Assembly (NCBI GenBank): GCA_937900255.1
Contig: CALCDZ010000004.1
Coordinates: forward strand, 20,857-84,856
Reading direction: 5' to 3'
DNA from: an uncultured bacterium
GTDB lineage: Bacteria; Patescibacteriota; Patescibacteriia; SG8-24; DYFX01
Length of the DNA stretch: 64,000 nucleotides
Positions 41,485 through 51,246 of the stretch are shown here, piece by piece. The position numbers and the translations under genes are program-made. The notes under the pieces were generated by a model, which saw only the letters and a program-made list of their open reading frames with translations, searched no databases and had not been told where the DNA came from. Every line of letters begins with the position of its first letter. Position 1 is the stretch's first letter.

Positions 41485-42270
41485 ATGGCCCTCATCCTTT
41501 CGGTCGTCAATCAAAAAGGGGGAGTCGGAAAGACCACCACGGCCGTGAACCTGGGAGCGTATCTGGCGCGCCAAGGCAAGTTCGTGCTGCTGGTCGACCT
41601 CGATCCGCAGTGCAATGCCACGTCCAATCTGGGCCACGATCATCACGCCATCGAGAAGGGCGTCTACGAGGCCATCACCGGCCAGGCGGATTTCCGGGAT
41701 ATCATCGTCCCGACCACGATCGAAGGCTATCGACTGGCCCCGGCCACGCCGAACTTGGCGGGCGCGAGCGTCGAGCTGGTCGGCGCGGAACGCCGCGAGT
41801 TCAAGCTGGCCGATGCCATGATGGGCATCCGTCATGATTACGATTTCATCATCATCGATTCCCCGCCGTCCCTCGGCCTCCTGACGGTCAACGGCCTGAT
41901 CGCGGCCGACCAGGTGCTCATCCCGGTCCAGGCCGAGTACTTCGCGCTGGAAGGTTTGAGCGCCCTCATGAAGACGATCGACCTGGTCAAGGAGCACGTC
42001 AAGCCGGAGCTCTCCGTGCTCGGCGCCGTCATCACGATGTTCGACGGCCGCAACAAGCTCTCCAACGAGGTCATGGCCGAACTGTACAAGTATTTCCCGG
42101 ACAAGATCTTCCGTTCGGCCGTCCCGAGGAACGTCCGCTTGGCAGAAGCGCCTTCCTACGGCAAGTCGATCATCGATTACGATCCGGGTTCCAAAGGCGC
42201 CAAGGCCTATGAGCGGCTGGCGGAAGAGGTCATCGCCGCCGTGGAAAAAACCGAACTTGCCGCCGTATGA
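41485..42270 (+). CDS. parA: Chromosome partitioning ATPase ParA/Soj
   Basis: NQKGGVGKTT, DLDPQ, DSPPSLG, RLAEAPSYG. Confidence 0.96.
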   Translation: MALILSVVNQKGGVGKTTTAVNLGAYLARQGKFVLLVDLDPQCNATSNLGHDHHAIEKGVYEAITGQADFRDIIVPTTIEGYRLAPATPNLAGASVELVGAERREFKLADAMMGIRHDYDFIIIDSPPSLGLLTVNGLIAADQVLIPVQAEYFALEGLSALMKTIDLVKEHVKPELSVLGAVITMFDGRNKLSNEVMAELYKYFPDKIFRSAVPRNVRLAEAPSYGKSIIDYDPGSKGAKAYERLAEEVIAAVEKTELAAV

Positions 42271-43166
42271 AGGGGGGACTCGGGAGGGGTCTTTCATCGT
42301 TGATTCCCAACAAGCCGGCAGAACCGGTCGCGACGCCGCAAGCGGCAGCCGTTTCACCCAAGCCGGGTGAAGCCTTGGAACAGGTTCCCGTCGGGGAGCG
42401 CATCCTGCACGTCCCGGTCGGTGACATCGTCCCGAACCCGCACCAGCCGCGTCGCGAGTTCCATGCCGAGGAGCTCGAGGAGCTGATCTCTTCCATCAAG
42501 GAGTTCGGCATCCTTCAACCGATCACCGTCACCGAAAAACCGAACGGCCTGTATGAGCTGATCGCCGGCGAGCGGCGCCTGCGTTCCGCCAAGGAAGCGG
42601 GTCTCAAGAAGGTGCCGGTCATCGTCCGTGACGCCACCGAGCAGGAAAAACTGGAACTTGCGCTGATCGAGAACATCCAGCGCGCCGACCTTTCGCCGAT
42701 CGAGGAGGCGCACGCCTATGCCAAGCTGGCCGAGGAGTTCGGCCTGACCCAGGAGAAGGTCGCGGAACGCGTCGGCAAGAGCCGTTCCGTCGTCGCCAAC
42801 ACCCTCCGGCTGCTCGGATTGCCGGGCGAGATGCAGATGGCGCTCGCCGACGGGCGCATCTCGATGTCGATGGCGCGGGTGCTCTGCGGCATGGACGAGG
42901 CCAAGGAGCGCAAGGCGATGTTCGAGCGGATGCTCCAAGGCGATTTCAACGTCCGCCAGGCCGAAGCCGTCTCGCGCGAACGCAAAGGGGGGGAGAAGGC
43001 CCGAGGATCGGTCAAGGACGTCAACCTCATGGCCGTCGAGGAGGAGCTCCGCCGCGCGCTCGGCACCAAGGTGGGCGTCCAGAAGAAAGGGCACAACGGC
43101 AGGATCACCATCGAGTTCTATTCCGACGAGGAGTTCAAGGGGATCGTCGACCGGTTGAGAGGATGA
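42267..43166 (+). CDS. parB: Chromosome partitioning protein ParB/Spo0J
   Basis: GLGRGL, PHQPR, AGERRLR, ENIQR, HTH. Confidence 0.96.
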   Translation: MKGGLGRGLSSLIPNKPAEPVATPQAAAVSPKPGEALEQVPVGERILHVPVGDIVPNPHQPRREFHAEELEELISSIKEFGILQPITVTEKPNGLYELIAGERRLRSAKEAGLKKVPVIVRDATEQEKLELALIENIQRADLSPIEEAHAYAKLAEEFGLTQEKVAERVGKSRSVVANTLRLLGLPGEMQMALADGRISMSMARVLCGMDEAKERKAMFERMLQGDFNVRQAEAVSRERKGGEKARGSVKDVNLMAVEEELRRALGTKVGVQKKGHNGRITIEFYSDEEFKGIVDRLRG

Positions 43167-43180
43167 AAAGACGCCTGGCT

Positions 43181-44635
43181 TCAGCCGAGGCGCCTTTTTT
43201 TCGCGTAGGATTTGATCCGGTCCTTCGCATGATGGGTCTTGACGAACTTCAGCCAGTCTCCGTTCGGCCCTTTGCGGTGCTTGTCGATGACGATTTCGCA
43301 CATGTCGCCGGAGTAGAGGCAGGCGTCGAGCGGCGCGATCTCGTTGTTGATGCGGGCGGCGGCGCACTTGTCCCCGATGGCGGAATGGATGGCATAGGCG
43401 AAGTCGACCGGGCAGGCGTCTTCGGGCAGGTCGATGACGTCGCCCTTCGGCGTGAAGACGAAGATGCGTTTCTGGAAGACGTCGATCTTGAGCTTCTCGA
43501 CGGATTCGAGCAGCGTGCCTGGGGCCTCCATCGTTTCCTTCTGGAGCTTGACGAGCTCCTTGACCCAGGCGAGCTGCGCGTTGATGATGGCGGGCGATTC
43601 CTTGCCCTGTTCCACGTAGTGCCAATGCGCGGCGATGCCGTACTCGGACTCCTCGTGCATCTGTTCGGTGCGGATCTGGATCTCGACGATCTCCCCGCCG
43701 TCGCAGAAGACGGTCGTGTGCAGCGATTGGTAGCCGTTGGGTTTCGGCTGGGCGATGTAGTCCTTGATGCGGCCCTTGAGCGGCTTCCACAGCTGGTGGA
43801 CGATGCCAAGCGTCGCATAGCAGTCCGCCACGGTCGGCACGATCACGCGCAACGCCACCAGGTCGTAGATCTTGTCGAGGTTGCGTCCGTGCTTCATCAG
43901 CTTCTTGTAGAGGCTGTAGATGTGCTTGGTGCGCCCGTGGATGTCGAGGAGCGCGATGCGGTTCTTTTCGAGCTCGCCCGAGATCCTTTCCCCGATCTTC
44001 TTGAGGTAGCGTTCCTTGGCGCGATACCGGTCTTTCACCAGGCCCGAGACCCAGGCATAGTCCTTCGGGTTCACGTATCTGAAGGAAAGGTCCTCCAAGC
44101 GGCCTTGGATGAAACCCATGCCGAGCCGGTTGGCGATCGGCGCGTAGATTTCCAGCGTCTCGAGGGCGATCCGGGCGCGCTTGCGCTGCGGCAGGGCATC
44201 GAGGGTGGAGAGGTTGTGGAGGCGGTCCGCGAACTTGATCAGGATGACGCGGATGTCCGAGGCCATCGCCACGAACATCTTGCGGAGGTTCTCCACGTAC
44301 CGTTCCATGCCGCGGTACTTGATCTTCCCGAGCTTGGTGATGCCGCCGACCATCGAGGCGACGTCCTTGCCGAAGAGCTTCTCGATGTCCAAGAGGGTGA
44401 CGGGCGTATCTTCCGGGACGTCATGCAGGAGCCCGGCGACGATCATGTTTTCCGGCAGCCGCAGCTTGGCGAGCGTGATGGCCGTCTCGACCGAGTGGTT
44501 GATGTACGGCTCGCCGGAGGCGCGTTTCTGGCCTTCATGCGCCTTTTCGGCGAAATCATAAGCCAGCTCGATCGTGTCGAGGTCGGTCTTGGGCGAATAT
44601 TCCTTCACGGTTTCCAGCAGGCGGGAGAGGCCCAT
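43181..44635 (-). CDS. RelA/SpoT (p)ppGpp synthetase/hydrolase ending after TGS
   Basis: LHDVPED, ADRLHN, NGYQSLHT, EIQIRT, FTPKG, DFAYAIH. Confidence 0.93.
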   Translation of the reverse strand: MGLSRLLETVKEYSPKTDLDTIELAYDFAEKAHEGQKRASGEPYINHSVETAITLAKLRLPENMIVAGLLHDVPEDTPVTLLDIEKLFGKDVASMVGGITKLGKIKYRGMERYVENLRKMFVAMASDIRVILIKFADRLHNLSTLDALPQRKRARIALETLEIYAPIANRLGMGFIQGRLEDLSFRYVNPKDYAWVSGLVKDRYRAKERYLKKIGERISGELEKNRIALLDIHGRTKHIYSLYKKLMKHGRNLDKIYDLVALRVIVPTVADCYATLGIVHQLWKPLKGRIKDYIAQPKPNGYQSLHTTVFCDGGEIVEIQIRTEQMHEESEYGIAAHWHYVEQGKESPAIINAQLAWVKELVKLQKETMEAPGTLLESVEKLKIDVFQKRIFVFTPKGDVIDLPEDACPVDFAYAIHSAIGDKCAAARINNEIAPLDACLYSGDMCEIVIDKHRKGPNGDWLKFVKTHHAKDRIKSYAKKRRLG

Positions 44636-44688
44636 AGACATCCAGCCTAAAACAAAACCTCCCCTTTAGGGAAGGGGGAGGTCTCGTC

Positions 44689-46920
44689 TCATTCCTCCTT
44701 CTGCGGCGCGTCCTTGGTGAAGTCGCACTCCTTGTTGGAGCAGGCGATCTTGTGGTCCTTGGCGAAGACCAGGAGCTCCTTGCACTTCGGGCAGACTTCG
44801 CCGGTCGGCTTGGACCACATGGCGAAGTCGCAGTCTGGGTAGCGCGAGCAGGCGTAGAAGTTGCGGCCTTTACGGGAGCGCTTTTCGATGACGTCTCCTT
44901 CCTTGCACTTTGGGCATTTGGCCCCGGTCAGCTTCTTGATCTGCTTGGTGAACTTGCAGTCCGGATACTTGGAACAGGAGAGGAAGGCGCCGAAGCGGCC
45001 GCGTTTGACCATCATCGGGGCGCCGCACGTCTCGCAGACTTCGCCGGCCGCCTGTTCCTGCGCGGCGTCCTGCGCGGCCTTGTCCTTCTCGTCGTACGGC
45101 TTGGTGGTCTTGCATTCGGGGTAGCCGGAGCAGGCGTAGAACTTGCCGAAGCGGCCGAACTTGATGATCATCGGCTTGCCGCACTTCTCGCACTTCTCGT
45201 CCGTCTCCGTTTCCGTCAAGCCCTTCTTGGAGAGCTCCTTCTCCTTCACGTCCAGGTTCTCATGGAACGGCCCGTAGAACGACGAGATGACCGGTACCCA
45301 GGCCTGCGTCCCTTCGGCGATGTCGTCGAGGGTGTTTTCCATGTTGGCCGTGAAGTCGTAGTCCACGATGGACGCGAAATGCTCGACCAGGAGGTCGTTC
45401 ACCAGGAGGGCCAATTCGGTCGGCTTGAGGCGGCGTTCGTCCTTCTCGACGTAGCCGCGGTCGATGACGGTCGAGATGGTCGGGGCGTAGGTCGACGGGC
45501 GGCCGATGCCGCGTTCTTCCAGCGCCTTCACGAGCGTCGCTTCCGAATAGCGCGGCGGCGGTTCGGTGAAGTGCCGCTTGGGATCGATCGACTTCGCTTC
45601 GAGCGCGTCCTTCTCCTCCAGCGGCGGCAGCAGGTTCTCCTTCATGTCCGTCTGGTAGACGCTCATGAAGCCGGGCTTGTCGACGATCGAGCCGGTGGCG
45701 CGGAAGCGGTAGGGGGTGCCGCTCGCGATGGTGGCGGAGGTCGTCTCGATTTCGGCATCCTTCATCTGGGACGCCATGGCGCGTCGCCAGATCAGCTCGT
45801 AGAGCTTGTTCTGCCGGTCGTCCAGGTATTGCCTGACGGATTCGGGCGTGCGCATCGCGGAGGTGGGCCGGATGGCTTCGTGGGCTTCCTGCGCGCCTTT
45901 GGACTTGGTCTTGTAGACGCGCGCTTCCGGCGAGACGTCGTTCGGGAACGTTTCCTTCAGGTACGCATGCGTCTCTTCCAGGAACTTCTGGGCGAGGTTG
46001 ACCGAGTCGGTACGCATGTAGGTGATGAGACCGACCGACCCTTCCTCGCCGAGCTCGACGCCTTCATACAGCTGCTGCGCCAGCATCATGGTCTGCTTGG
46101 CGGAGTAGCCGAGCTTGTTGTTGGAGTCCTGCTGGAGGGTGGAGGTGGTGAACGGCGCGGCGGGGGAGCGCTTGCTCGTCTTCTTTTCGACCGTCTCGAT
46201 CGAGTAGGAGGCTTTTTCCAGCGTCTTCAAGATGCCCTTGGCTTCCGCCTCGTTCGGGATGGCCATCTTGTCGAGCGTCTCGCCGTCCTTGCTGTGAAGC
46301 CGGGCTTCGAAAGCCGTCGGCACGCCCTTCTTCAGGAACTCGGCTTCGATCGACCAGTATTCTTCCGGCTTGAAAGCCAGGACTTCGCGTTCGCGCTCGA
46401 CGATCAGGCGGACGACTACCGACTGCACGCGTCCGGCCGAAAGCCCGCGGGCGACTTTGCGCCAGAGGAACGGCGAAAGCTCGTACCCGACCAGGCGGTC
46501 GAGCACGCGGCGGGCCTGTTGGGCGTCGACCATGCGTTCGTCGATGTGGCGGGGCGCCTTGAGGGCGTGCTCGATGGCCTCCTTGGTGATCTCGTGGAAG
46601 GTGATGCGCTTGGCTTTCTCCGCCTTGATCTTCAGGAGCTCGCTCAGGTGCCAGGAGATGGCCTCTCCTTCGCGGTCTTCATCCGTCGCGAAGTAGATCT
46701 CGTCGGCGGCCTTGGCGGCCTTCCGGAGTTCGGCCACCACCTTGGTGGACTTCTTCGGGATGACGTATTTGGGGGCGAAATCGTGCTTGATGTCGATGCC
46801 CATGGTGGACGTCGGCAGGTCGCGCACGTGCCCGAAGGAGGACAGGACCTTATAGCCCTTGCCCAGGAACTTCGAGATGGTTTTCGCTTTGGTGGGGGAC
46901 TCGACGATGATGAGTTTCAT
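44689..46920 (-). CDS. topA: DNA topoisomerase I with C-terminal Zn ribbons
   Basis: IVESPTK, DEDREGE, SAGRVQS, LITYMRTDS; repeated C4 ribbons. Confidence 0.97.
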   Translation of the reverse strand: MKLIIVESPTKAKTISKFLGKGYKVLSSFGHVRDLPTSTMGIDIKHDFAPKYVIPKKSTKVVAELRKAAKAADEIYFATDEDREGEAISWHLSELLKIKAEKAKRITFHEITKEAIEHALKAPRHIDERMVDAQQARRVLDRLVGYELSPFLWRKVARGLSAGRVQSVVVRLIVEREREVLAFKPEEYWSIEAEFLKKGVPTAFEARLHSKDGETLDKMAIPNEAEAKGILKTLEKASYSIETVEKKTSKRSPAAPFTTSTLQQDSNNKLGYSAKQTMMLAQQLYEGVELGEEGSVGLITYMRTDSVNLAQKFLEETHAYLKETFPNDVSPEARVYKTKSKGAQEAHEAIRPTSAMRTPESVRQYLDDRQNKLYELIWRRAMASQMKDAEIETTSATIASGTPYRFRATGSIVDKPGFMSVYQTDMKENLLPPLEEKDALEAKSIDPKRHFTEPPPRYSEATLVKALEERGIGRPSTYAPTISTVIDRGYVEKDERRLKPTELALLVNDLLVEHFASIVDYDFTANMENTLDDIAEGTQAWVPVISSFYGPFHENLDVKEKELSKKGLTETETDEKCEKCGKPMIIKFGRFGKFYACSGYPECKTTKPYDEKDKAAQDAAQEQAAGEVCETCGAPMMVKRGRFGAFLSCSKYPDCKFTKQIKKLTGAKCPKCKEGDVIEKRSRKGRNFYACSRYPDCDFAMWSKPTGEVCPKCKELLVFAKDHKIACSNKECDFTKDAPQKEE

Positions 46921-46955
46921 ATCGTGGCGGAAGATACCAACGCGGCGTGACGGCG

Positions 46956-47828
46956 TCAAGTATATAAGGTATAGCGCCCGCCGCCAACCGAGCGGACAAG
47001 CCCTTTGAGTTCCAGTGCCGTCAGTACGCCGGAAACGGCCGTGACGGAGAGCTGCAGGGCGCGTGAAAGCGCGTCGGCGGTGTCGATGCCGGTCGCCAGT
47101 TTTTCGGCCACGGCGCGCTCGGGCGGCGGCAGGTCTTCCATCGGGAACAGTCGGCCTTGGCGGCCGCCGTTACGGACCTCGAACCCGAGCGCTTGGGCGA
47201 GATCATCCGGTCCGTTGATGGGCGTGGCGCCGTTCCTGATCAGCTCGTTAGGGCCCTGCGAGTTCTCTTGCGTGATCGCTCCCGGCACGGCCCAGACCTC
47301 CCGGCCCATGTCGAGCGCCAGCTTGGCGGTGATCATCGCGCCGGATTTATGGGGCGCTTCGATGACCAGGACCGCCCTACTCAGAGCGGCGATCAGGCGG
47401 TTGCGCTCCGGGAAATGATGGGGCAGAGACGGCGCGCCGGGAGGGTATTCGCTCATGATCGCGCCGCCCGATTCCAGGATGCGCTTGGCGAGCCCGGCAT
47501 GGCTGCTCGGGGAGATCGATCGGTCATCGATCCCGCCGCCGATGATCGCGACGGTCATTCCGCCGCCCTCGACCGCCGTCTCGTGGGCCACCCCGTCGAT
47601 GCCGAGCGCGAGGCCGCTTACGACCGGTACGCCCAGCCGGACGAGTTCGCGCACCAGCAGTTCCGTGCAGGCGCGCCCGTACGGCGTGATGCGGCGGGTA
47701 CCTACGACGGCCACCCCGGGCGTCTTCGGCAGCTGCCCGCGCAAGAACAGCCGCGTGGGCGTGGGAGAGGTATGCTGCACTCCTTGAGGCCAGTCGGGAT
47801 CGTTCGGTCGAAGAAGACGTTGTTCCAT
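46956..47828 (-). CDS. dprA: DNA-protecting protein DprA
   Basis: VVGTR, SGLALGIDG, FPERNRLI, SGAMITA. Confidence 0.95.
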   Translation of the reverse strand: MEQRLLRPNDPDWPQGVQHTSPTPTRLFLRGQLPKTPGVAVVGTRRITPYGRACTELLVRELVRLGVPVVSGLALGIDGVAHETAVEGGGMTVAIIGGGIDDRSISPSSHAGLAKRILESGGAIMSEYPPGAPSLPHHFPERNRLIAALSRAVLVIEAPHKSGAMITAKLALDMGREVWAVPGAITQENSQGPNELIRNGATPINGPDDLAQALGFEVRNGGRQGRLFPMEDLPPPERAVAEKLATGIDTADALSRALQLSVTAVSGVLTALELKGLVRSVGGGRYTLYT

Positions 47829-47984
47829 AGTTTCTCGGGCCTAGCAGACCTGACGCCCGGCATGCAAGTTCTCCGCTTGACAGCCACCGGTTTTTGGCGT
47901 ATTTTCGCTGGTCCTGCGCGCATGATGCGTGCAGGCGTCCTTATCGAATCGTTTTGCGTCCGGACGGACGCTTGGAGGATGAAC

Positions 47985-49412
47985 ATGTCGCTTCGCGTCC
48001 TTTGTACTCGACTGGGCTCCGCGCCCGACGATCAGACCATCGAACCGTCTTGCGGCGTCATGGACGTCTATGACGGTTCGGTGCACATCCGTAGGGTGGT
48101 GGTCGACTGCGGCTGCATCCCGATCCATTCGGGCGTGCCGTTCGGGCGGCGCAGCTGGCTTCTTCCGGACCTCGCGTTCTTCAAGGACAGTCGACCGATC
48201 GATGCCGTCTGCATCACGCACGTCCATGGTGATCATTCCGGGGCTCTGGCGCTGCTCATCCCGTACTTGTCGCCGACGGCCAGGATTTGGATGACGATGC
48301 CCTCATATGCTTCGTTCCAGGCCTATCTTGAGGCGGATCTCAAGTCCGCCTTGAAAAGCGAACGGCGCGGCGGACGGCGCGAAACGCTCGGAAGCGCCGC
48401 TGAAATCGTGCAAGTCGAACCAAGGATTCATCCGATCGCCAAGCCGGGAGAGTATGAGATCCTTCCGGGGCTCAGGGCCTATGTCCACCCGGAGGGCCAT
48501 GTCCGCGGCGCGTGCTCGTTCACGTTCCGTGTCGGCGGACGGAACATCCACTACGCCGGCGACCGCTGTTCTCATGACCAGCCGGGCATCAAGGGCGGTC
48601 GTCCGCTGCCCGAGGCGTGGCGTCCGCACGTCATCGCGGCATCCGACTGCACGTACGGCGCGGACCTCGAGTCCGATGCCCGCAGCTGGGACAGCGAGAT
48701 GCGGAAAGGGCGCGAGCTCGTGAGGGAGGCCGTGGCGCGTCGGGCGCCCGTGCTCTGTTGCGCCTTCGGGGTGCACCGAGGAAGCGCGATCGTCCATGGC
48801 CTGCAAGAGCTCGGATTGTCGGAGCTCCTCCTCGACGGCGCCTGTCGTATCCATACGAAGATCGCGATGTCGGAGCAGGGGAGCTGGTCCGATTCGGATA
48901 CGCCGCTCGATATCGGCAACGCGAGGTTCGTGATGGGGGAGGAGCGCGATGGATTGGCGAAGGATGGAGAGCCTCGCGTCGTCGTCTCGACGCCGGGGAT
49001 GGGCGGGCCGGGAGGGGCGGCAAGCGCCTGGAAAGGGGAGTTGCTGCCGAATCCTGACGCCCTCGTCCTCTTCGCCAGCGGCTACCTGGCCAAGGGCAGC
49101 GATGGCGCGCGCATCATGGCCGCCGTTGCCGAACGGGAACGGACCGGCGTGGCTCCTGTGCTGGACTTCGAGGGTCGCGATGAGCGAGGTCCGATGGTCG
49201 AAAGCTTGGCGGTCGCCTGCCGGGTCGCCCAGATCCGCACGGGCGGTCACGATTCCCGGGCCGACATCCTCAGATGGTTCGGACAGTACAAGCCGGAAAC
49301 CGCCGTCCTTTGCCATGGGTCGTCGGCGGCCCTGGCATCGGTGGCGTCGGAGCTCCGTGGGTTCATTCCGAACCTTGTCATCGGCGTCCGGACCCTAGAA
49401 ATCGATATTTGA
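47985..49412 (+). CDS. Beta-CASP metallo-beta-lactamase ribonuclease (divergent CPSF-like)
   Basis: VDCG, THVHGDH, GHVRGA, YAGD, DCTYG, GGHD, LCHG; GGAGG SD. Confidence 0.85.
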   Translation: MSLRVLCTRLGSAPDDQTIEPSCGVMDVYDGSVHIRRVVVDCGCIPIHSGVPFGRRSWLLPDLAFFKDSRPIDAVCITHVHGDHSGALALLIPYLSPTARIWMTMPSYASFQAYLEADLKSALKSERRGGRRETLGSAAEIVQVEPRIHPIAKPGEYEILPGLRAYVHPEGHVRGACSFTFRVGGRNIHYAGDRCSHDQPGIKGGRPLPEAWRPHVIAASDCTYGADLESDARSWDSEMRKGRELVREAVARRAPVLCCAFGVHRGSAIVHGLQELGLSELLLDGACRIHTKIAMSEQGSWSDSDTPLDIGNARFVMGEERDGLAKDGEPRVVVSTPGMGGPGGAASAWKGELLPNPDALVLFASGYLAKGSDGARIMAAVAERERTGVAPVLDFEGRDERGPMVESLAVACRVAQIRTGGHDSRADILRWFGQYKPETAVLCHGSSAALASVASELRGFIPNLVIGVRTLEIDI

Positions 49413-49463
49413 GCCTATTCGCACGCGGTCATAAGCCGCGTGTTTCTATTTTGATATAATCTA

Positions 49464-49492
49464 TTGACAAAACAGGCTTTTCGTGCTATCCT
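49464..49492 (+). promoter_or_regulatory. Promoter of the 49556 gene
   Basis: TTGACA-17 nt-TATCCT with extended TG and AT-rich upstream tract. Confidence 0.65.
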
Positions 49493-49555
49493 ACGTGGTC
49501 ACGCAGGCATTCTGCCCGCCACTGACACCCCACCCGTTTTCAAGGAGGATTTCAC

Positions 49556-50587
49556 ATGGGGACCAAGATCTTTATCCGCGACCTGGAAGCCGTCAACTTC
49601 GACAAGCTCGTTGCGCTCGCCCTCGAGTCCTGCACTGTACTCGGCTTATCGCCCGATGAGCTCCAGCCGGTGGTCGGCGAGCAGACCGACGCCTCGATCG
49701 ATCTCGAAGGCTTGGTCGACCCGTATCGCGGCCCCAACATCCGATCGCTGACCGAGGCGTATGCGGTTCACCGCGGTCTCGTGACGGCCGATGCCGATGG
49801 GCACGCGATCCAGAGCAAGATCCCCGGACTCGTGAGCCTGTGCACGGTCCTGGCCGAGAATCACGGCAAGGTCGCGGGTGTTCAAGGGGGCGGTCTCTAT
49901 CGTAAGGGGCTGATCCCGAACTTCGCCCGGAACCTGCCGCTTCTCGCCGGGGATGCGCCCGCACTGATCGTCAAGATCATCGGCGCGATCGTCGCGGTGC
50001 TCAAGAACCCGGACGCCAAACTGGCGCTCGTCGGCCTTTCCCTCGAGAGGGAGTGGGTCGGGATCGCCACGCGGTTCGGGTGTGCCGAGCAGCAGGTCAT
50101 GAACGAGGCGCGGCGCATGGCGTGCGATCTGCGCGCTCGTGACCTTGAGAACGCCCGCACCTTCGATCTGCGGCACGCACCGGACACGAAGGGGTTGGTC
50201 CTCGTGACCAAGAACCCCAACCTCATGAAGCACCTCTGGCGCGCGCTCGGCGATCTGCGCGCTCCGATCGGAGTGGCGCTGGTGAAGAACCCGCACACGG
50301 GCCGCATCGCGTTGCTCACCGCCTCTCTCGTGAAGGTCGATCTGCATGCCGTCGAGGCCTCGCTCCATGCGGGCTTCCCCGGCGCTCGGTTCGACGTCAA
50401 TCACGCGGCAGGGCGCGTCATTTGGGACCCGTCGGTCTCCGAGGCTCCTGGCCCGGGAATCGACGCCTTCCAGGAGATCGTGCGGAAGGACCTGTCTTTC
50501 GTCCGTGACGCCTCGATCCCGAACGCCGTTCCGGCACCTTCGATGAAGGTGTCGATCGGCGACCGGCACGCATCCAAGCGCGCCTGA
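49556..50587 (+). CDS. Hypothetical protein, possibly degenerate DHH/MYG1-like fold
   Basis: 343-aa ORF with AAGGAGG SD, promoter and terminator; fold guess is weak. Confidence 0.7.
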   Translation: MGTKIFIRDLEAVNFDKLVALALESCTVLGLSPDELQPVVGEQTDASIDLEGLVDPYRGPNIRSLTEAYAVHRGLVTADADGHAIQSKIPGLVSLCTVLAENHGKVAGVQGGGLYRKGLIPNFARNLPLLAGDAPALIVKIIGAIVAVLKNPDAKLALVGLSLEREWVGIATRFGCAEQQVMNEARRMACDLRARDLENARTFDLRHAPDTKGLVLVTKNPNLMKHLWRALGDLRAPIGVALVKNPHTGRIALLTASLVKVDLHAVEASLHAGFPGARFDVNHAAGRVIWDPSVSEAPGPGIDAFQEIVRKDLSFVRDASIPNAVPAPSMKVSIGDRHASKRA

Positions 50588-50600
50588 CCGTCTCAACACG

Positions 50601-50630
50601 ACGCCTCCCCGGTTCTCGGGGAGGCGTTTT
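50601..50630. terminator. Terminator between convergent genes
   Basis: ACGCCTCCCC / GGGGAGGCGT followed by TTT. Confidence 0.7.
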
Positions 50631-51196
50631 CACGTTCCGATATTGAAGAGATTCATCGCCCGTGTCACGTCCTCCTTCAGCGCCGTCTCGATCGCGTCGG
50701 CCGCCTTCGCGACCATCTCCTGCGCGACATGCTTCTCTTCCGGCCCGAACGGCTGCAGCACGTAATCCTCGATCGGCACCGGCGTCGCCGGACGTCCGAT
50801 GCCCAGGCGGAAGCGCGTGAACGCCCGGTCGCCGAGGCGTTCGATGACGGAAGCGATGCCGTTGTGCCCGCCCGAGGAGCCTCCGACGCGGATGCGGAGC
50901 TTGCCGAGCGGCAGGTCCAGGTCATCGTGCGCGACCCAGACGTCGGCCGGGACGAGCTTGAAGTAACGCGCGCAGGCGGCGACGGAAGCGCCCGAGAGGT
51001 TCATGAAGGTGTGCGGCCGGAGCAGCAGCACATCCTTCCCATGCGCGCGGCCCTTGCCGATATCGCCGTCGAACCGCGTATCGTAGTGCCCGAACCCCCA
51101 GCGCTCCGCCAGCTGGTCGACCACCCGGAACCCGAGGTTGTGCCGGGTCTTTTCGTATTTCGCGCCCGGATTGCCCAAGCCGACGATCAGGATCAT
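50630..51196 (-). CDS. pth: Peptidyl-tRNA hydrolase
   Basis: VGLGNPG..Y..TRHN, FMNLSG, HDDLD, GGHNG. Confidence 0.96.
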   Translation of the reverse strand: MILIVGLGNPGAKYEKTRHNLGFRVVDQLAERWGFGHYDTRFDGDIGKGRAHGKDVLLLRPHTFMNLSGASVAACARYFKLVPADVWVAHDDLDLPLGKLRIRVGGSSGGHNGIASVIERLGDRAFTRFRLGIGRPATPVPIEDYVLQPFGPEEKHVAQEMVAKAADAIETALKEDVTRAMNLFNIGT

Positions 51197-51246
51197 ATGG
51201 ACGCATTCTACACCAAAAAACGCCCCTCGCGGAGCGTCTTTTGTCC

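Noticed and set aside
41400-43200. parS sites or replication origin near parAB
   Set aside because: No TGTTTCACGTGAAACA-like palindrome or DnaA-box cluster seen by eye
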